A stretch of 64,000 bases of DNA from Armatimonadota bacterium (GTDB lineage Bacteria > Armatimonadota > SYMT01), in contig JAWLHY010000006.1 of assembly GCA_041690135.1 (NCBI GenBank), positions 326,337-390,336 on the forward strand. The letters run 5' to 3'. The translations under genes were made by a program, and so were the position numbers. The notes under the pieces were generated by a model. The model saw only the letters and a list, made by a program, of their open reading frames with translations. It was not told where the DNA came from and did no database searches. Positions 28,799 to 38,478 of the stretch are shown piece by piece (position 1 is the stretch's first letter; each line of letters starts with the position of its first letter).

Positions 28799-29578
28799 AT
28801 GCAGCAGAGACTGGAAAACGAGAACCTGGAGAGCAGCGGCTACACGCCGGAGGAGTACCGGGAAGTCGTGCGCCGGGCGCAAAAGATCCGGGCGGAGCAA
28901 GAGGGAAGGCTCACCCACGAGCAGTTGGCGGAGAGCGCCGCGGAGGTCGGCATCCGGGAGGAGGACCTCCGCGAGGCCGCCCGGCAACTGCGCGAGGAGA
29001 AACGGCAGCAGGAGTTAGCGCAGCGGGAGCAGGTCGAACGCCGGAAGAAGCAGGGCCTCATTTCCGCCGCCGTCGCCGGGTTCCTCGGCCTTTCCATGCT
29101 CTTTACGTACAACGGACTGAACGCCGAGTACCACGACGCCCGCCAGGCCCGTGCCAACCTCCAGAGCGCCCTGCAGCGGCGCGCGGACGTGGTTCCCCAG
29201 ATCGCCCGCGCCGTCCGCGAAGGAGCCGCCCAGGAGAAGGCGCTGGTCGACCGCCTCACCCAGGCCCAGAATAAGCTGCAGTCCGGAGATGTGGCCGCGC
29301 AGATGGAGGCCAGCCGGGAGCTAAGCGAGATCGGTTCGCAGGTCGGCAGCAATCCGCAGCTTCGCGGTTCATCGCTCTATCAGGACCTCACGGCGAGCCT
29401 GGAAGGCAGCGAGAACCGCATCAACGTGGCCCGCTCCCGCTACAACGAGCAGGCCGCCGAGTACAACGAGGCCGTTTCCGGTTTCCCCGGCAGCCTGGTG
29501 CGGCCCCTCACCGGCCTGCCCGCGGAAGTGCCTCTCTTCGAGGCCTCGGCCGAAGCCACCGCTCCACCCAAGCTCTAA
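28799..29578 (+). CDS. LemA family protein with N-terminal extension
   Basis: LQRRADVVP, LEGSENRINVARSRYN, FP..LV. Confidence 0.85.
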   Translation: MQQRLENENLESSGYTPEEYREVVRRAQKIRAEQEGRLTHEQLAESAAEVGIREEDLREAARQLREEKRQQELAQREQVERRKKQGLISAAVAGFLGLSMLFTYNGLNAEYHDARQARANLQSALQRRADVVPQIARAVREGAAQEKALVDRLTQAQNKLQSGDVAAQMEASRELSEIGSQVGSNPQLRGSSLYQDLTASLEGSENRINVARSRYNEQAAEYNEAVSGFPGSLVRPLTGLPAEVPLFEASAEATAPPKL

Positions 29579-29636
29579 CGGGACAACTCGCCGCGCATGT
29601 TCCGCTTACCAGGAGTCCACTCGGCACAGCGGCAGG

Positions 29637-29741
29637 GGAGGCTCCTGGTAAGCGGGACGTATTCTGTCCTTGCACCCGCAAAAGCAGGGCGGAATCTCCG
29701 TGCCCGCCTGGCTCTGGCCTTGTACTGGTGCTGCCGTGAGG
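29637..29741. repeat. Dispersed non-coding element, copy 2
   Basis: Ungapped match to 17047-17151. Confidence 0.75.
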
Positions 29742-29997
29742 GACGCCACTGGCGCCGATGAAGGCGAACCCGGCAGGCAACTGCGAGCCAGGGCTGGGCA
29801 CTCACGGACTGCCAAACAAGGGGTTGCACTGCGGAGCAAGGGGGCTCTTGTCGTCGCGGGTCACCGGGATCGCCAGTTCCGGATGCAAGTCGGGAGCGGC
29901 GCAGTGCAACCCGTACGGGCGTATGCCTGCGCACGAATTATTTCGGCTGCAGTCCAACTGCAGCCGATCAGTGCGGGTGCCCAAAGGGGCTGCGGAG

Positions 29998-30050
29998 CAC
30001 CCGAACACCCGAACACCCGAACACCCGAACACCCGAACACCCGAACACCT
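29998..30050. repeat. Perfect octamer microsatellite (CACCCGAA)x6
   Basis: Six exact copies at 29998-30045, plus a partial copy. Confidence 0.95.
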
Positions 30051-30053
30051 ACC

Positions 30054-30857
30054 TCACGCCTCGGCAGGTTCTTCCGGACGGCGAACCCGCCGTTTGCCCT
30101 TGGGGCGGAGCTCTTCCAGCCGCCAGAAGACGTCTTCCAGGCTCCGGAACTGCTGGATTCCGTCGTCGATCGGCAAGTCGGATTCCCCGATCACCCAAAC
30201 GGGAATGTTCCGTTCCAGGCGCTGGCTGCGGGTCAGCGTTTGCAGGAGACCCATGGCCGGCTCGGTTTCGCCGGTGTCCCGCACGTCCAGCACAATCACC
30301 GGCGGCGCCTCATCCATCAGTTTGAGGACGGTGTTCGTCAGGCGGCGGACCGCCCGCCCCTGCATGCGACCCCGGCACTGGACCACCGGTAACCCCATGG
30401 GACGCCGGGTCTTCTGCGTGTAGGGCTGGGTCTCCGTCAGCTTCGGTACGTCGAGATCCAGGTCGAGCTGCCCCAGGCTGGGGAAGTCTCCCGCCTTCAG
30501 GTGCTGCTCCCAGCGGTCTCGCTTGGCTACCTGGACGGCGCGCCCGATACCGCTGATGGTGACCTCGTCCATCGGCCGCAGCTCGGCGTAATCCCGCAGC
30601 ACATGGGGAATCAGGAAACGGCCGGTCGTTTCGTCCACCGGGCACTCCACGGCGGCCGAAAGATAGTATCCGCGGAAGAGGACGCTGTGTTCGTAACGCT
30701 GAACCAGAGCTTCCCACTGCGGTGCGGACAGCGCCAGGAGGCACTGGCCGGGTGCGCGCGTCAATACGAACGGTGCGCCAAGCTGCGTGCGGAACTGCGC
30801 AGGCATCACCACCCGACCCTTGCGGTCCATACCGTAAATGTAGGTACCGGACAACAA
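30054..30857 (-). CDS. MraZ-like (double SpoVT/AbrB) regulator fused to a STAS-like domain
   Basis: SGTY...MDRKGRVVMPAQFR, VDETTGRFLIPHVLRDYAEL; C-terminal VVQCRGRM...VIVLDVRD; TTG start inferred. Confidence 0.75.
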   Translation of the reverse strand: MLSGTYIYGMDRKGRVVMPAQFRTQLGAPFVLTRAPGQCLLALSAPQWEALVQRYEHSVLFRGYYLSAAVECPVDETTGRFLIPHVLRDYAELRPMDEVTISGIGRAVQVAKRDRWEQHLKAGDFPSLGQLDLDLDVPKLTETQPYTQKTRRPMGLPVVQCRGRMQGRAVRRLTNTVLKLMDEAPPVIVLDVRDTGETEPAMGLLQTLTRSQRLERNIPVWVIGESDLPIDDGIQQFRSLEDVFWRLEELRPKGKRRVRRPEEPAEA

Positions 30858-31280
30858 CGCTTTTGCCCTCGCTTGCTTTGATCGATGCAGGGTCGCCCAC
30901 CGGGGCCGGCGCACTTCGCCGGGCCGCCGGCCTACCGACCGCCTTCAAGAGTCACATGTCGGTTGGTCCCCGGACCGGCAGAGAGTCGCCGATTCGATTC
31001 TACCTCAACTCCTCGTCCTGTATAAGCCCAAGGGCCTACCGGATGGCCGTCCGGGCCTTTGACACGATCAGACACCGGATTCCCCAGGCTGACCCGGCAT
31101 CCATCGCGGATTCCGAACCAGGTGGGTGTATCCCTGGCCGGACCCGCGACTTGCGCTGGAAATCCATGACGCCGGCGCGAATCCTGCGTATACCATGCGG
31201 GCGCGCTTCTGAGCCAGCCCGAGGAGGAGCCCACAACCTCCCGGCAGAATTCACTCACAGCGTTCAGGAAAGGATTGAAC

Positions 31281-32069
31281 ATGAATCGAAGGGAATTTGC
31301 GCTGTCCATGGTCGGCGGCGCGCTCGTATCCACCGGGATCCTCAACCGCTCCGAGGCCGCCGGCAAAAAGAAGGTGATTGCCATCACCCATGCCGGGGGC
31401 TTCAAACACAGCTCCCGTCCGGTCGCCGCGGAGACGGTCCGGACCCTGGGGGCGAAGACCGGGCAGTGGGAAGTGGTTGATGTGCTCGACACGCAGGAGA
31501 AGGTCGCAGCCGGCATCACCGCCGACACTCTGAAGAACATCGACATGGTCTTCTTCGCCAACACCACGGGCGACATCGGGATCACCCCGGAAGGCAAGAC
31601 TGCCTTCTATAGCTGGATCCGCGGCGGCGGGGCCTACGCGGGTGTCCACAGCGCGGGGGACACCTACCACGGCGACGCGGACTACCTGGACCTGGTGCGC
31701 GGCGAGTTCCAGACCCACGGACCGCAGAAGACGGTCGAAATCTTCGTGCAGGACCCCAAGCACCCGGCCTGCCAGGAACTTCCCGCCTCGTTCACCATCC
31801 ACGACGAGATCTACGAATTCAAGAATTGGGAACGGGCGCGCGTCCACGTGCTCCTCAGCATGCACAAGCACCCGCAGAAGGACGAGCAGGGCGACTTCCC
31901 CGTGGCGTGGACCAACCGGGTCGGCAAGGGACGGATGTTCTACACCTCGTTGGGGCACCGCGAGGACGTGTACCAGAACGAGCTCTACCTCAAGCACCTG
32001 ACGGGCGGCCTGCAGTGGGCCCTGGGCCTGAAGAAGGGCAACGACACCCCGGGCAACCCGATCAAGTAA
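31281..32069 (+). CDS. ThuA-like domain protein with Tat signal
   Basis: MNRREF; GFKHSS, ANTTG, GVHSA, DEIYEF, FYTSLGH. Confidence 0.9.
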   Translation: MNRREFALSMVGGALVSTGILNRSEAAGKKKVIAITHAGGFKHSSRPVAAETVRTLGAKTGQWEVVDVLDTQEKVAAGITADTLKNIDMVFFANTTGDIGITPEGKTAFYSWIRGGGAYAGVHSAGDTYHGDADYLDLVRGEFQTHGPQKTVEIFVQDPKHPACQELPASFTIHDEIYEFKNWERARVHVLLSMHKHPQKDEQGDFPVAWTNRVGKGRMFYTSLGHREDVYQNELYLKHLTGGLQWALGLKKGNDTPGNPIK

Positions 32070-32084
32070 GGGGCAAGCGTTCGA

Positions 32085-32232
32085 GTGTGGTGGTGTGGGA
32101 GTATGAGGGTATGGTAGTGTGGGAACGTGAGGGAAGTCGTGGCCCGGTTAGGTCTTTCCCCACCCCGAACTCCGCCGCTCTCGCATCCCCATTTCTTGCT
32201 GCCATACTGCCACACTCCCCTACGCCCGTAAC
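32085..32232. repeat. Inverted pair of degenerate octamer tracts
   Basis: gtgtgggagtatgagggtatggtagtgtggga ... gccatactgccacactcccc. Confidence 0.5.
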
Positions 32233-32244
32233 TCGTCGGAGCCC

Positions 32245-33084
32245 ATGAATAAAAAGTCATCGCACGTAGCTCTCTGGTCCGGTCTTGCGGCGGCCGGCGC
32301 TGCCGCCCTCGCCGTACGCGCTTTTGTCATCGAGCCGAGCCAGGTCGAAGTCACCGAGCATGATCTGCCGGTTCCGGACCTCCCCGCCGAGTGGGAGGGG
32401 GCGCGAGTTGTGCACCTGACGGACCTCCACTACGGAGATCCCCATTCGGACAAGCTCTTCCCCTGGATGGTGGAGACCGTCAACGGGTTCGCCCCGGACC
32501 TGATTGTGATCACCGGCGACTACGTGCTCCGCACCTATGCGGAGGGGCGCCTGGCGGTCCGCCACCTGAAGCGCCTGCGGAGCCGGCATGGGATCGTGGG
32601 AGTCCTGGGCGACCATGACTACTGTGGCATCTGCCGCGACCCGATCCACGGCCTCGAGACGCTCCTCCGCGATGCCGGCATCCAGTTGCTGCGCAACGAT
32701 AGCGTCGAGCTTCCGGGCGGGCTCCGGATTGCCGGCGTGGACCCGACCACGCGCAAGATCCAGCGAGGTCGCCTGGCGGAAGCCCTGGCGACCCTACCGG
32801 ACCGGAACCCGCACCTGCTTCTCGCCCATTGCCCCGATATTCTCACGGAAGCATCGGAGCGAGAACTACCAGTGGTCCTCTGCGGGCACACGCACGGAGG
32901 CCAGGTCGTGGTGCCGTTCTACGGACCGCCGGTTACGCACACGAAGATTTCCCGGGAGTACTGCTCGGGATGGTCGAGCCTGGGCCAAACGCGAATGTAC
33001 ACCGGGCGCGGGCTGGCGAGCCACTACTCGCTGCGCTTCCTTTGCCGCCCGGAAATCACCGTGTTCACGCTGCGCCCGGCGTAA
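32245..33084 (+). CDS. Metallophosphoesterase (YkuE-like)
   Basis: TDLH, TGDY, GDHD, AHCP, GHTHGGQ. Confidence 0.92.
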   Translation: MNKKSSHVALWSGLAAAGAAALAVRAFVIEPSQVEVTEHDLPVPDLPAEWEGARVVHLTDLHYGDPHSDKLFPWMVETVNGFAPDLIVITGDYVLRTYAEGRLAVRHLKRLRSRHGIVGVLGDHDYCGICRDPIHGLETLLRDAGIQLLRNDSVELPGGLRIAGVDPTTRKIQRGRLAEALATLPDRNPHLLLAHCPDILTEASERELPVVLCGHTHGGQVVVPFYGPPVTHTKISREYCSGWSSLGQTRMYTGRGLASHYSLRFLCRPEITVFTLRPA

Positions 33085-34129
33085 GGTCCGTTACCTGCCC
33101 CGACGCGGCCCGGCGAAGGCGGTCGTTGACAGCGTCGCCCAGTCCGCCGGACGGCATGGCCCGCGCCAGGATCAGCGTCACACCGGAGGCATCCAGGGTA
33201 CGCAACTCCGCGTACAGGCGGCGTGCTACTTCCTCGGGTTGGTAACGGGAACCCAGATGCCCCAACTTGACCGGGAGGCGCTGCCACACATCCTGGTCTT
33301 CCGCGTAGACCAGGATGCCGATCTTCGCGGGATCGCTCGCCTCGCCTGCCAGGGCTTGCATCGCCGCCAGCACGTCGCGGTCCGGCCCCTGATACAGGCG
33401 CATCTCGGCACGGGGACTGTAGTGACGGGTCAGCAGGCCTGGGGAGACCAGGCCGGCGTTCCCCTCGTCTTCTTTTCCCGATGGAGGAGCAAACTCCCCC
33501 ACCGGCTGACCCAGGGCCGCTTCGATGGCCTCCCGGGAGACTCCGCCGGGCCGCAGTACCACGGGAACAGCGCCGCGCAGGTCGAGGACGGTCGACTCCA
33601 CTCCGACATCGGCCGGACCGCCGTCCAGAACCGCGTCGATCCTGCCCTCCAGGTCCGCCAGCACGTGGTGCGCGGTGGTCGGGCTGGTCCGGCTGAAGAG
33701 GTTCGCACTGGGGGCGGCGATCGGGGCGCCCACGCGCCCAATCAACTCCCGCGCCACCGGGTGCGCCGGCATCCGCACGGCCACGCTGTCGCGGCCGGCG
33801 GTGACCAGGGAAGGCACGAGGTCCGATTTCGGAAGCACCAGGGTGAGCGGACCGGGCCAGAACGCCTCCGCCAGGCGGCGAGCCACCTCCGGAAACTCCC
33901 GCACCAGCGGGCGCACCCCCTCCGCTTCCGCCACGTGGAGGATTACCGGGTCGCTGTGGGGACGCCCCTTAGCCTGGAAGATCCGCTCCACCGCCACCGC
34001 ATCCAGCCCCAGGGCTCCCAGACCGTACACCGTCTCGGTCGGGAAAGCCACCAGGCCGCCTTGCCGGAGAATAGCGGCAGCTTGATCCAGCGCCGCCGGA
34101 TCCTCTGCCCGCAGGACGAGAGTGTTCAT
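33065..34129 (-). CDS. sua5: L-threonylcarbamoyladenylate synthase (Sua5 type)
   Basis: AFPTETVYGLG, KGRP, WPGPLT, APSAN, ESTV; C-terminal SUA5 domain PG...HYSP. Confidence 0.93.
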   Translation of the reverse strand: MNTLVLRAEDPAALDQAAAILRQGGLVAFPTETVYGLGALGLDAVAVERIFQAKGRPHSDPVILHVAEAEGVRPLVREFPEVARRLAEAFWPGPLTLVLPKSDLVPSLVTAGRDSVAVRMPAHPVARELIGRVGAPIAAPSANLFSRTSPTTAHHVLADLEGRIDAVLDGGPADVGVESTVLDLRGAVPVVLRPGGVSREAIEAALGQPVGEFAPPSGKEDEGNAGLVSPGLLTRHYSPRAEMRLYQGPDRDVLAAMQALAGEASDPAKIGILVYAEDQDVWQRLPVKLGHLGSRYQPEEVARRLYAELRTLDASGVTLILARAMPSGGLGDAVNDRLRRAASGQVTDLTPGAA

Positions 34130-34132
34130 GGC

Positions 34133-35878
34133 TCAGAACAATTGCGGACGGGTGGCGGCGCCCACGGCTTTGCGCAGTGCGCGGACGGCGGAAAGTAACT
34201 CCGGAATGTCGTGCGGGGCAGGGCGGGGCTCCGCCATTGCCTCTGAAATAATGGGCCAGTAGCCGTAGTCCTCGATCTGGGAGAGATCGAACAGCATCAC
34301 CCCATGACTGTAGGTGCGTGCTGCGTGGATCGCATCGCGGAACGCTTCCGGAGCGTCGCGATAATCCTGGACGTACAGGCCCGCATACACAAAGGCCGCA
34401 TCGCTCACCGCCTGCGTGGAGCGTTCCGCCGCGGCCTGCACCGTATAGCCGTCGTCCAGGCCGGCCCGGCGCGCCTGGTCGCGAGTGGCCACCGGGTGGT
34501 AGCAGCCGGTCGTAACCCAATCGAGCAGGTGAGCATAACCGGTGGTGTTGTAGGTCGGGCTCATCCAATCATAGCCGGGGGCGAAATCCTCGGAGCCCCA
34601 GTTCACCCCCACCGTGTAATAGCTACCGTACCAGGAGCCGACGTACACCCCGATCTTCGCCTGGGGCCGGCGCGTGCGCACCAGCTTGCTCGCGTCTTCC
34701 AGCCAGGTGCGGATATTCCGCGCCCGCCACTCCAGCCACTGCTTGAAGTAGGGACCCCACACCAGCGGCCGGCCGGGGCTCGGATCGAAGCTGTAGATAT
34801 CCGCCGGGAAGCGATCCAGCTTCCGACCGATGAACTCCTCGAACTTCTCGCGGGAGAAGTTACTGAAGTCGGAGTGCAGGCTGGCGTACCGCATCCGGTC
34901 AAACACGATCCCGTCGATATCGTAGCCGGAGACGATCTCCTCCACGATCCGCAGGAGGTACTGGCGGGAAACGGGGTTTGCGGGGTTCACGAAAGCCGCG
35001 ATCGTTTCCGAGGGGGCTTCGGTGACGGGCAGGAATTGATCTTCGCTCGTCCAGCGAAGGGTATCTCCCACGCGGATATTCTGCAGCAGCCACCGGGCGC
35101 CGTCCCCACGCCCCACGAGGAGGTACCCGTCGGTCGGTACGGCGACGCCCTCCGCGGGAGCCAGCACGCCGTCGACCACGGCATCCACCCGGTCCTGCAC
35201 CACCGTCACGAGCGCTTCTTCGGAGCTGAAGCTGCGCCGGGCGCCGTAGCCGGGATCGAAAACGGTCACCTGGCCGTCCTCGGGCGACCGGTTCGCGCCG
35301 ACGGCCAGCGCCTTCGACGCTCCCCGCGGCGTAGTCAGGGTCCGTTTCACGTCATAGCAGATCGTCTGCAACTCGGGCTTGCCGTACCCCGGCCCGCTCT
35401 TGATGAGCTTGTGGCCATCGCTGAAAACGTTCATGTTGGCGTAGACCTTCATCCCCCGCTTGTGGCCCTCATCGAGCGCGGTGCGGAGTAGATCGTAGCC
35501 ACTGGGGTAGCGGAACCCGCGCCATTCCGTCAGCTTCGGCGCGTGGCGACTGTCGTACAACACGTGGCCGCTAAGCGGTTTGACGTCCACGACTACGGTG
35601 TTGATGTGGGCCTGCTTGCACCGGTCCAACACGGCCGCCAGCCCTTCCCGCGTGGAAAGACGCTGGAGGTTGGCGGTGCCGTCCAGCCAGAGCACCCGCC
35701 CTTCGGCGCCGGCGCGCTGCACCACCACCTGCGAGAGGCCGTCCACGGAAGCGGGCGGCAGAATGGCCTGCGCCCGCACAGGCGGGGGCACGAGGCAGGA
35801 GAAGAAGCCGAGCAGCACGGCGAGGAGCCGGAAAACTCCCACGGCTCCAGGATGGTTCCGATTGTTGATTCCAAACAT
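34133..35878 (-). CDS. Exported family-10 glycosyl hydrolase-like (GHL10/DUF187) protein
   Basis: R.LW.D, INTVVVDVK, FVNPANP, DGIVFDRMRY, WLEWRA; start uncertain. Confidence 0.75.
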   Translation of the reverse strand: MFGINNRNHPGAVGVFRLLAVLLGFFSCLVPPPVRAQAILPPASVDGLSQVVVQRAGAEGRVLWLDGTANLQRLSTREGLAAVLDRCKQAHINTVVVDVKPLSGHVLYDSRHAPKLTEWRGFRYPSGYDLLRTALDEGHKRGMKVYANMNVFSDGHKLIKSGPGYGKPELQTICYDVKRTLTTPRGASKALAVGANRSPEDGQVTVFDPGYGARRSFSSEEALVTVVQDRVDAVVDGVLAPAEGVAVPTDGYLLVGRGDGARWLLQNIRVGDTLRWTSEDQFLPVTEAPSETIAAFVNPANPVSRQYLLRIVEEIVSGYDIDGIVFDRMRYASLHSDFSNFSREKFEEFIGRKLDRFPADIYSFDPSPGRPLVWGPYFKQWLEWRARNIRTWLEDASKLVRTRRPQAKIGVYVGSWYGSYYTVGVNWGSEDFAPGYDWMSPTYNTTGYAHLLDWVTTGCYHPVATRDQARRAGLDDGYTVQAAAERSTQAVSDAAFVYAGLYVQDYRDAPEAFRDAIHAARTYSHGVMLFDLSQIEDYGYWPIISEAMAEPRPAPHDIPELLSAVRALRKAVGAATRPQLF

Positions 35879-36049
35879 AACCGAGAAAGCGTACCGCATC
35901 CGGCTGGAAAACCGCCAGGGAAATCCTGACGCGACAGCGCGGATGGGAGAATGGGCGGCAGCGACCCGGGTAGCGCCCAGACGCACCCTGGACGAGAATA
36001 TCCCGCGCTTGCCCCCCAATTCTCCTGTCGGAAGGGGTTCTAACAGCCT

Positions 36050-37321
36050 CTAGTTCTTCGCCACCTTCTTCGCAAGAGCCTTCTCGATCGTCTCTTGCAG
36101 GCGTGCTCCCCGGAGATCATTGCCCGCCGCGAGGATCTCACCCGTGTCGCCATCGACGAGGTAGGCCCTGGGAATGGAGGTCACTCCGTACATCTTAGCC
36201 ACCCGGGCTTCCCAGAACTTGCCGTCATAAACTTGCGGCCAAGGCATGTTCCGCTGCTTGGTAAACTGGGCCAGCTTCTCGGCAGCACCCTCCTGGTCGA
36301 GGCTGATCCCCAGGACCTCCAGGCCCTTCGGATGCCACTTTTCGTAGGCGCTCAGTAGGTGAGGCAACTCCGCAATACAGGGACCGCACCAGGTCGCCCA
36401 AAAGTCCAGGAGCACCACCTTGCCCTTATAGGATGCCGGGAAGTTGATCGCCTTGCCGTCCGTCGCTTTCGCTTCGAAGACCAGGGCCTTCTGGCCCACC
36501 GAGAGATCGGGCGGCGGTGCGATCTCGGCGACCATCCGGTCGGATTTGACCACCTCGAACCCGGAGCCATCCGCGGCCAGGTTCCGCAGCTCGTAGGTAG
36601 TGCCCTTGATGTTGAACGGTTGGGTTACATCATACTTCTCGCCGCGAGCATCGAACTTGCCGTTACCGTTCACGTCGATCATTAACTGCACGCCCACGCG
36701 CTCACCGATTTTCCCCCGGAAGTCCCCCCGTGCGGGCCAGTCGTGCAGGGCGGCGCGGTACGACTGCCCGCCCAAGGATAGCTGCCCCTGGTAGACATAA
36801 TCCGAGTAATAGAGGATCGTGTCTTTGAGGGCGGCCCGAGTCGGATCGTTCGGATCGAAACGGTAAGCGTTCAACTGGACGGGAACCGCTTGCGCACCCG
36901 ATCCGAGCTGGATCTTGAGGCCCCCCGAGTACACCGTGCGCTCTGCGCCATTTACCTTGGAGACTCTCTTGGTCCATCGGGGCGGCGCATCATCCGTGAG
37001 ATCTCCGTTGGCATTGGTATCCACCAGGAGCCGCGCGTCCTTGCCCTCAGCCTCGTCCAGAACCACCACGAACGCCCTGGGCTGATCGAGCGCACCAAAC
37101 CGGATAACTCCGTAGCGCGGTGCCGCCAAGTCTTCCGGGAGCTTTTTGAGCTCCGCGGGTCGGTCCGGTGTCAACTGGAGGCGGACCGGCAGGTACCCGC
37201 CCACGGTGGACGAGCCCCCGGTCGGAACCAGTTTCAGCTTCACGGGTTCGGCACTCACGCGAACAGCGAAGACCAGGCCCAGAACTCCCACGAGGCAAAA
37301 TGAAGCAGAAGCGCGTTTCAT
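36050..37321 (-). CDS. Exported TlpA-family thiol-disulfide oxidoreductase with long N-terminal domain
   Basis: Signal peptide; DFWATWCGPC, ISLD, SIPRAYLVD. Confidence 0.9.
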   Translation of the reverse strand: MKRASASFCLVGVLGLVFAVRVSAEPVKLKLVPTGGSSTVGGYLPVRLQLTPDRPAELKKLPEDLAAPRYGVIRFGALDQPRAFVVVLDEAEGKDARLLVDTNANGDLTDDAPPRWTKRVSKVNGAERTVYSGGLKIQLGSGAQAVPVQLNAYRFDPNDPTRAALKDTILYYSDYVYQGQLSLGGQSYRAALHDWPARGDFRGKIGERVGVQLMIDVNGNGKFDARGEKYDVTQPFNIKGTTYELRNLAADGSGFEVVKSDRMVAEIAPPPDLSVGQKALVFEAKATDGKAINFPASYKGKVVLLDFWATWCGPCIAELPHLLSAYEKWHPKGLEVLGISLDQEGAAEKLAQFTKQRNMPWPQVYDGKFWEARVAKMYGVTSIPRAYLVDGDTGEILAAGNDLRGARLQETIEKALAKKVAKN

Positions 37322-37357
37322 TTGTCGAAACTCCTCATCAGGGTAGGTGGCGCGCCC

Positions 37358-38308
37358 CTATCGGCGCTGAAGAGCGCGGCGGGCCATGGTATAGACGCAA
37401 CCGTGGCGCACTCCATTGTTGCTGACTACCAGGTTCGGCTGCGAAAGGCGGGCCATCATCTGATGGAGGATCATCGTCCCCGCCAGGATGACGTCCGCGC
37501 GTTCCGGCTCCAGGCCGGGTACGCGTTTGCGGAACTTCAGAGTTAGACTCCGGAAAAGGTCGATCAGTTCCGCCACTCGCGTGTGCGGAAGAATGGCGCC
37601 GTGGAGTTCCCGGGGAGAGATCATTCCGGAGGCCCGCGCCACGCTCGCCAGGTTATAGACAGTCCCACCGCACCCGATGAGCAGCGATCCGGGCGCGAGC
37701 GGTTCCACCTCCGCCAGGGCCTGTTCGATCGCCAGGTCCGCCGCGTCACACTCGCCCACGGCGGGGGGGTCGCTGCGCAGGTATTGCTCGGTGAGCCGGA
37801 CAGCGCCAAGGGGGTAACTGCATCGGGAGACGATCTTCTGCCCCAGTCCGCGGGTCAGCTCGGTACTTCCCCCGCCGATGTCCAGCACCACGCGCTCGCC
37901 GTCGCTCCCTGGGAGCCGGCGGTCGAACACGTTGCCGATGTAGGCCAGTTCCGCCTCCTGCTCGCCCGAGATGACCTCGATCGGCAGGCCGCACTCCTGG
38001 CGAACCTCCTGCCGGAACTCCGCTCCATTGACCGCTTCCCGCAGCACCGAGGTGCCGACCGCCGCCATGCTCTCAGCGCCCGCCCGCCGCGCCACGCGAA
38101 CGAAATCAGAAATTGCTTCCAGCGTCCGTTCCCGCGCGGACCGGATCAACCGGTTGCCGCTGTAGTAACGCTCGCTCAACCGCGTGGCGCGTGCCCCCTC
38201 CACCAGAGGCGTGAGCCGGCCTTCTTCGTCCACGTCTGCTACCAGCAGAAGGACGGAATTGCTTCCCACGTCGATGGCCGCATAACGGCCCGGATGAAAG
38301 GCCTCCAC
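37358..38308 (-). CDS. ppx: Ppx/GppA family phosphatase
   Basis: IDVGSNS, GTSVLREA, ISGEQEA, DIGGGSTE, ERADVI. Confidence 0.9.
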   Translation of the reverse strand: MEAFHPGRYAAIDVGSNSVLLLVADVDEEGRLTPLVEGARATRLSERYYSGNRLIRSARERTLEAISDFVRVARRAGAESMAAVGTSVLREAVNGAEFRQEVRQECGLPIEVISGEQEAELAYIGNVFDRRLPGSDGERVVLDIGGGSTELTRGLGQKIVSRCSYPLGAVRLTEQYLRSDPPAVGECDAADLAIEQALAEVEPLAPGSLLIGCGGTVYNLASVARASGMISPRELHGAILPHTRVAELIDLFRSLTLKFRKRVPGLEPERADVILAGTMILHQMMARLSQPNLVVSNNGVRHGCVYTMARRALQRR

Positions 38309-38478
38309 AGACTAGCTCGTCCCTTGAAAAATGAGAATGGTGCGAAGTCGCTTCACGATCATACCGTGTCCGGGCGGGGTTCAACCAGAAGTCTGTTCCG
38401 CCAGCACACCCTGCTTCACCTTCTCTCCGGGGCTCCGCCGCCGACCAGCTTCTCCCAGTCAACCCATGGGGAAAGCGG

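Noticed and set aside
29645-29670. Minus-strand ACAGAA..CCCGCTTA resembling the RNase P RNA 3' conserved region
   Set aside because: No GAGGAAAGTCC partner; it has an insertion and belongs to a dispersed repeat
29670-30423. Plus-strand ORFs with PEHPNTRT repeats
   Set aside because: Artefact of the (CACCCGAA)6 microsatellite; antisense to the MraZ fusion
30860-31270. Canonical mraZ call and MraZ operator upstream
   Set aside because: No rsmH/ftsL downstream and no phased TGGG repeats seen, so the gene symbol is withheld
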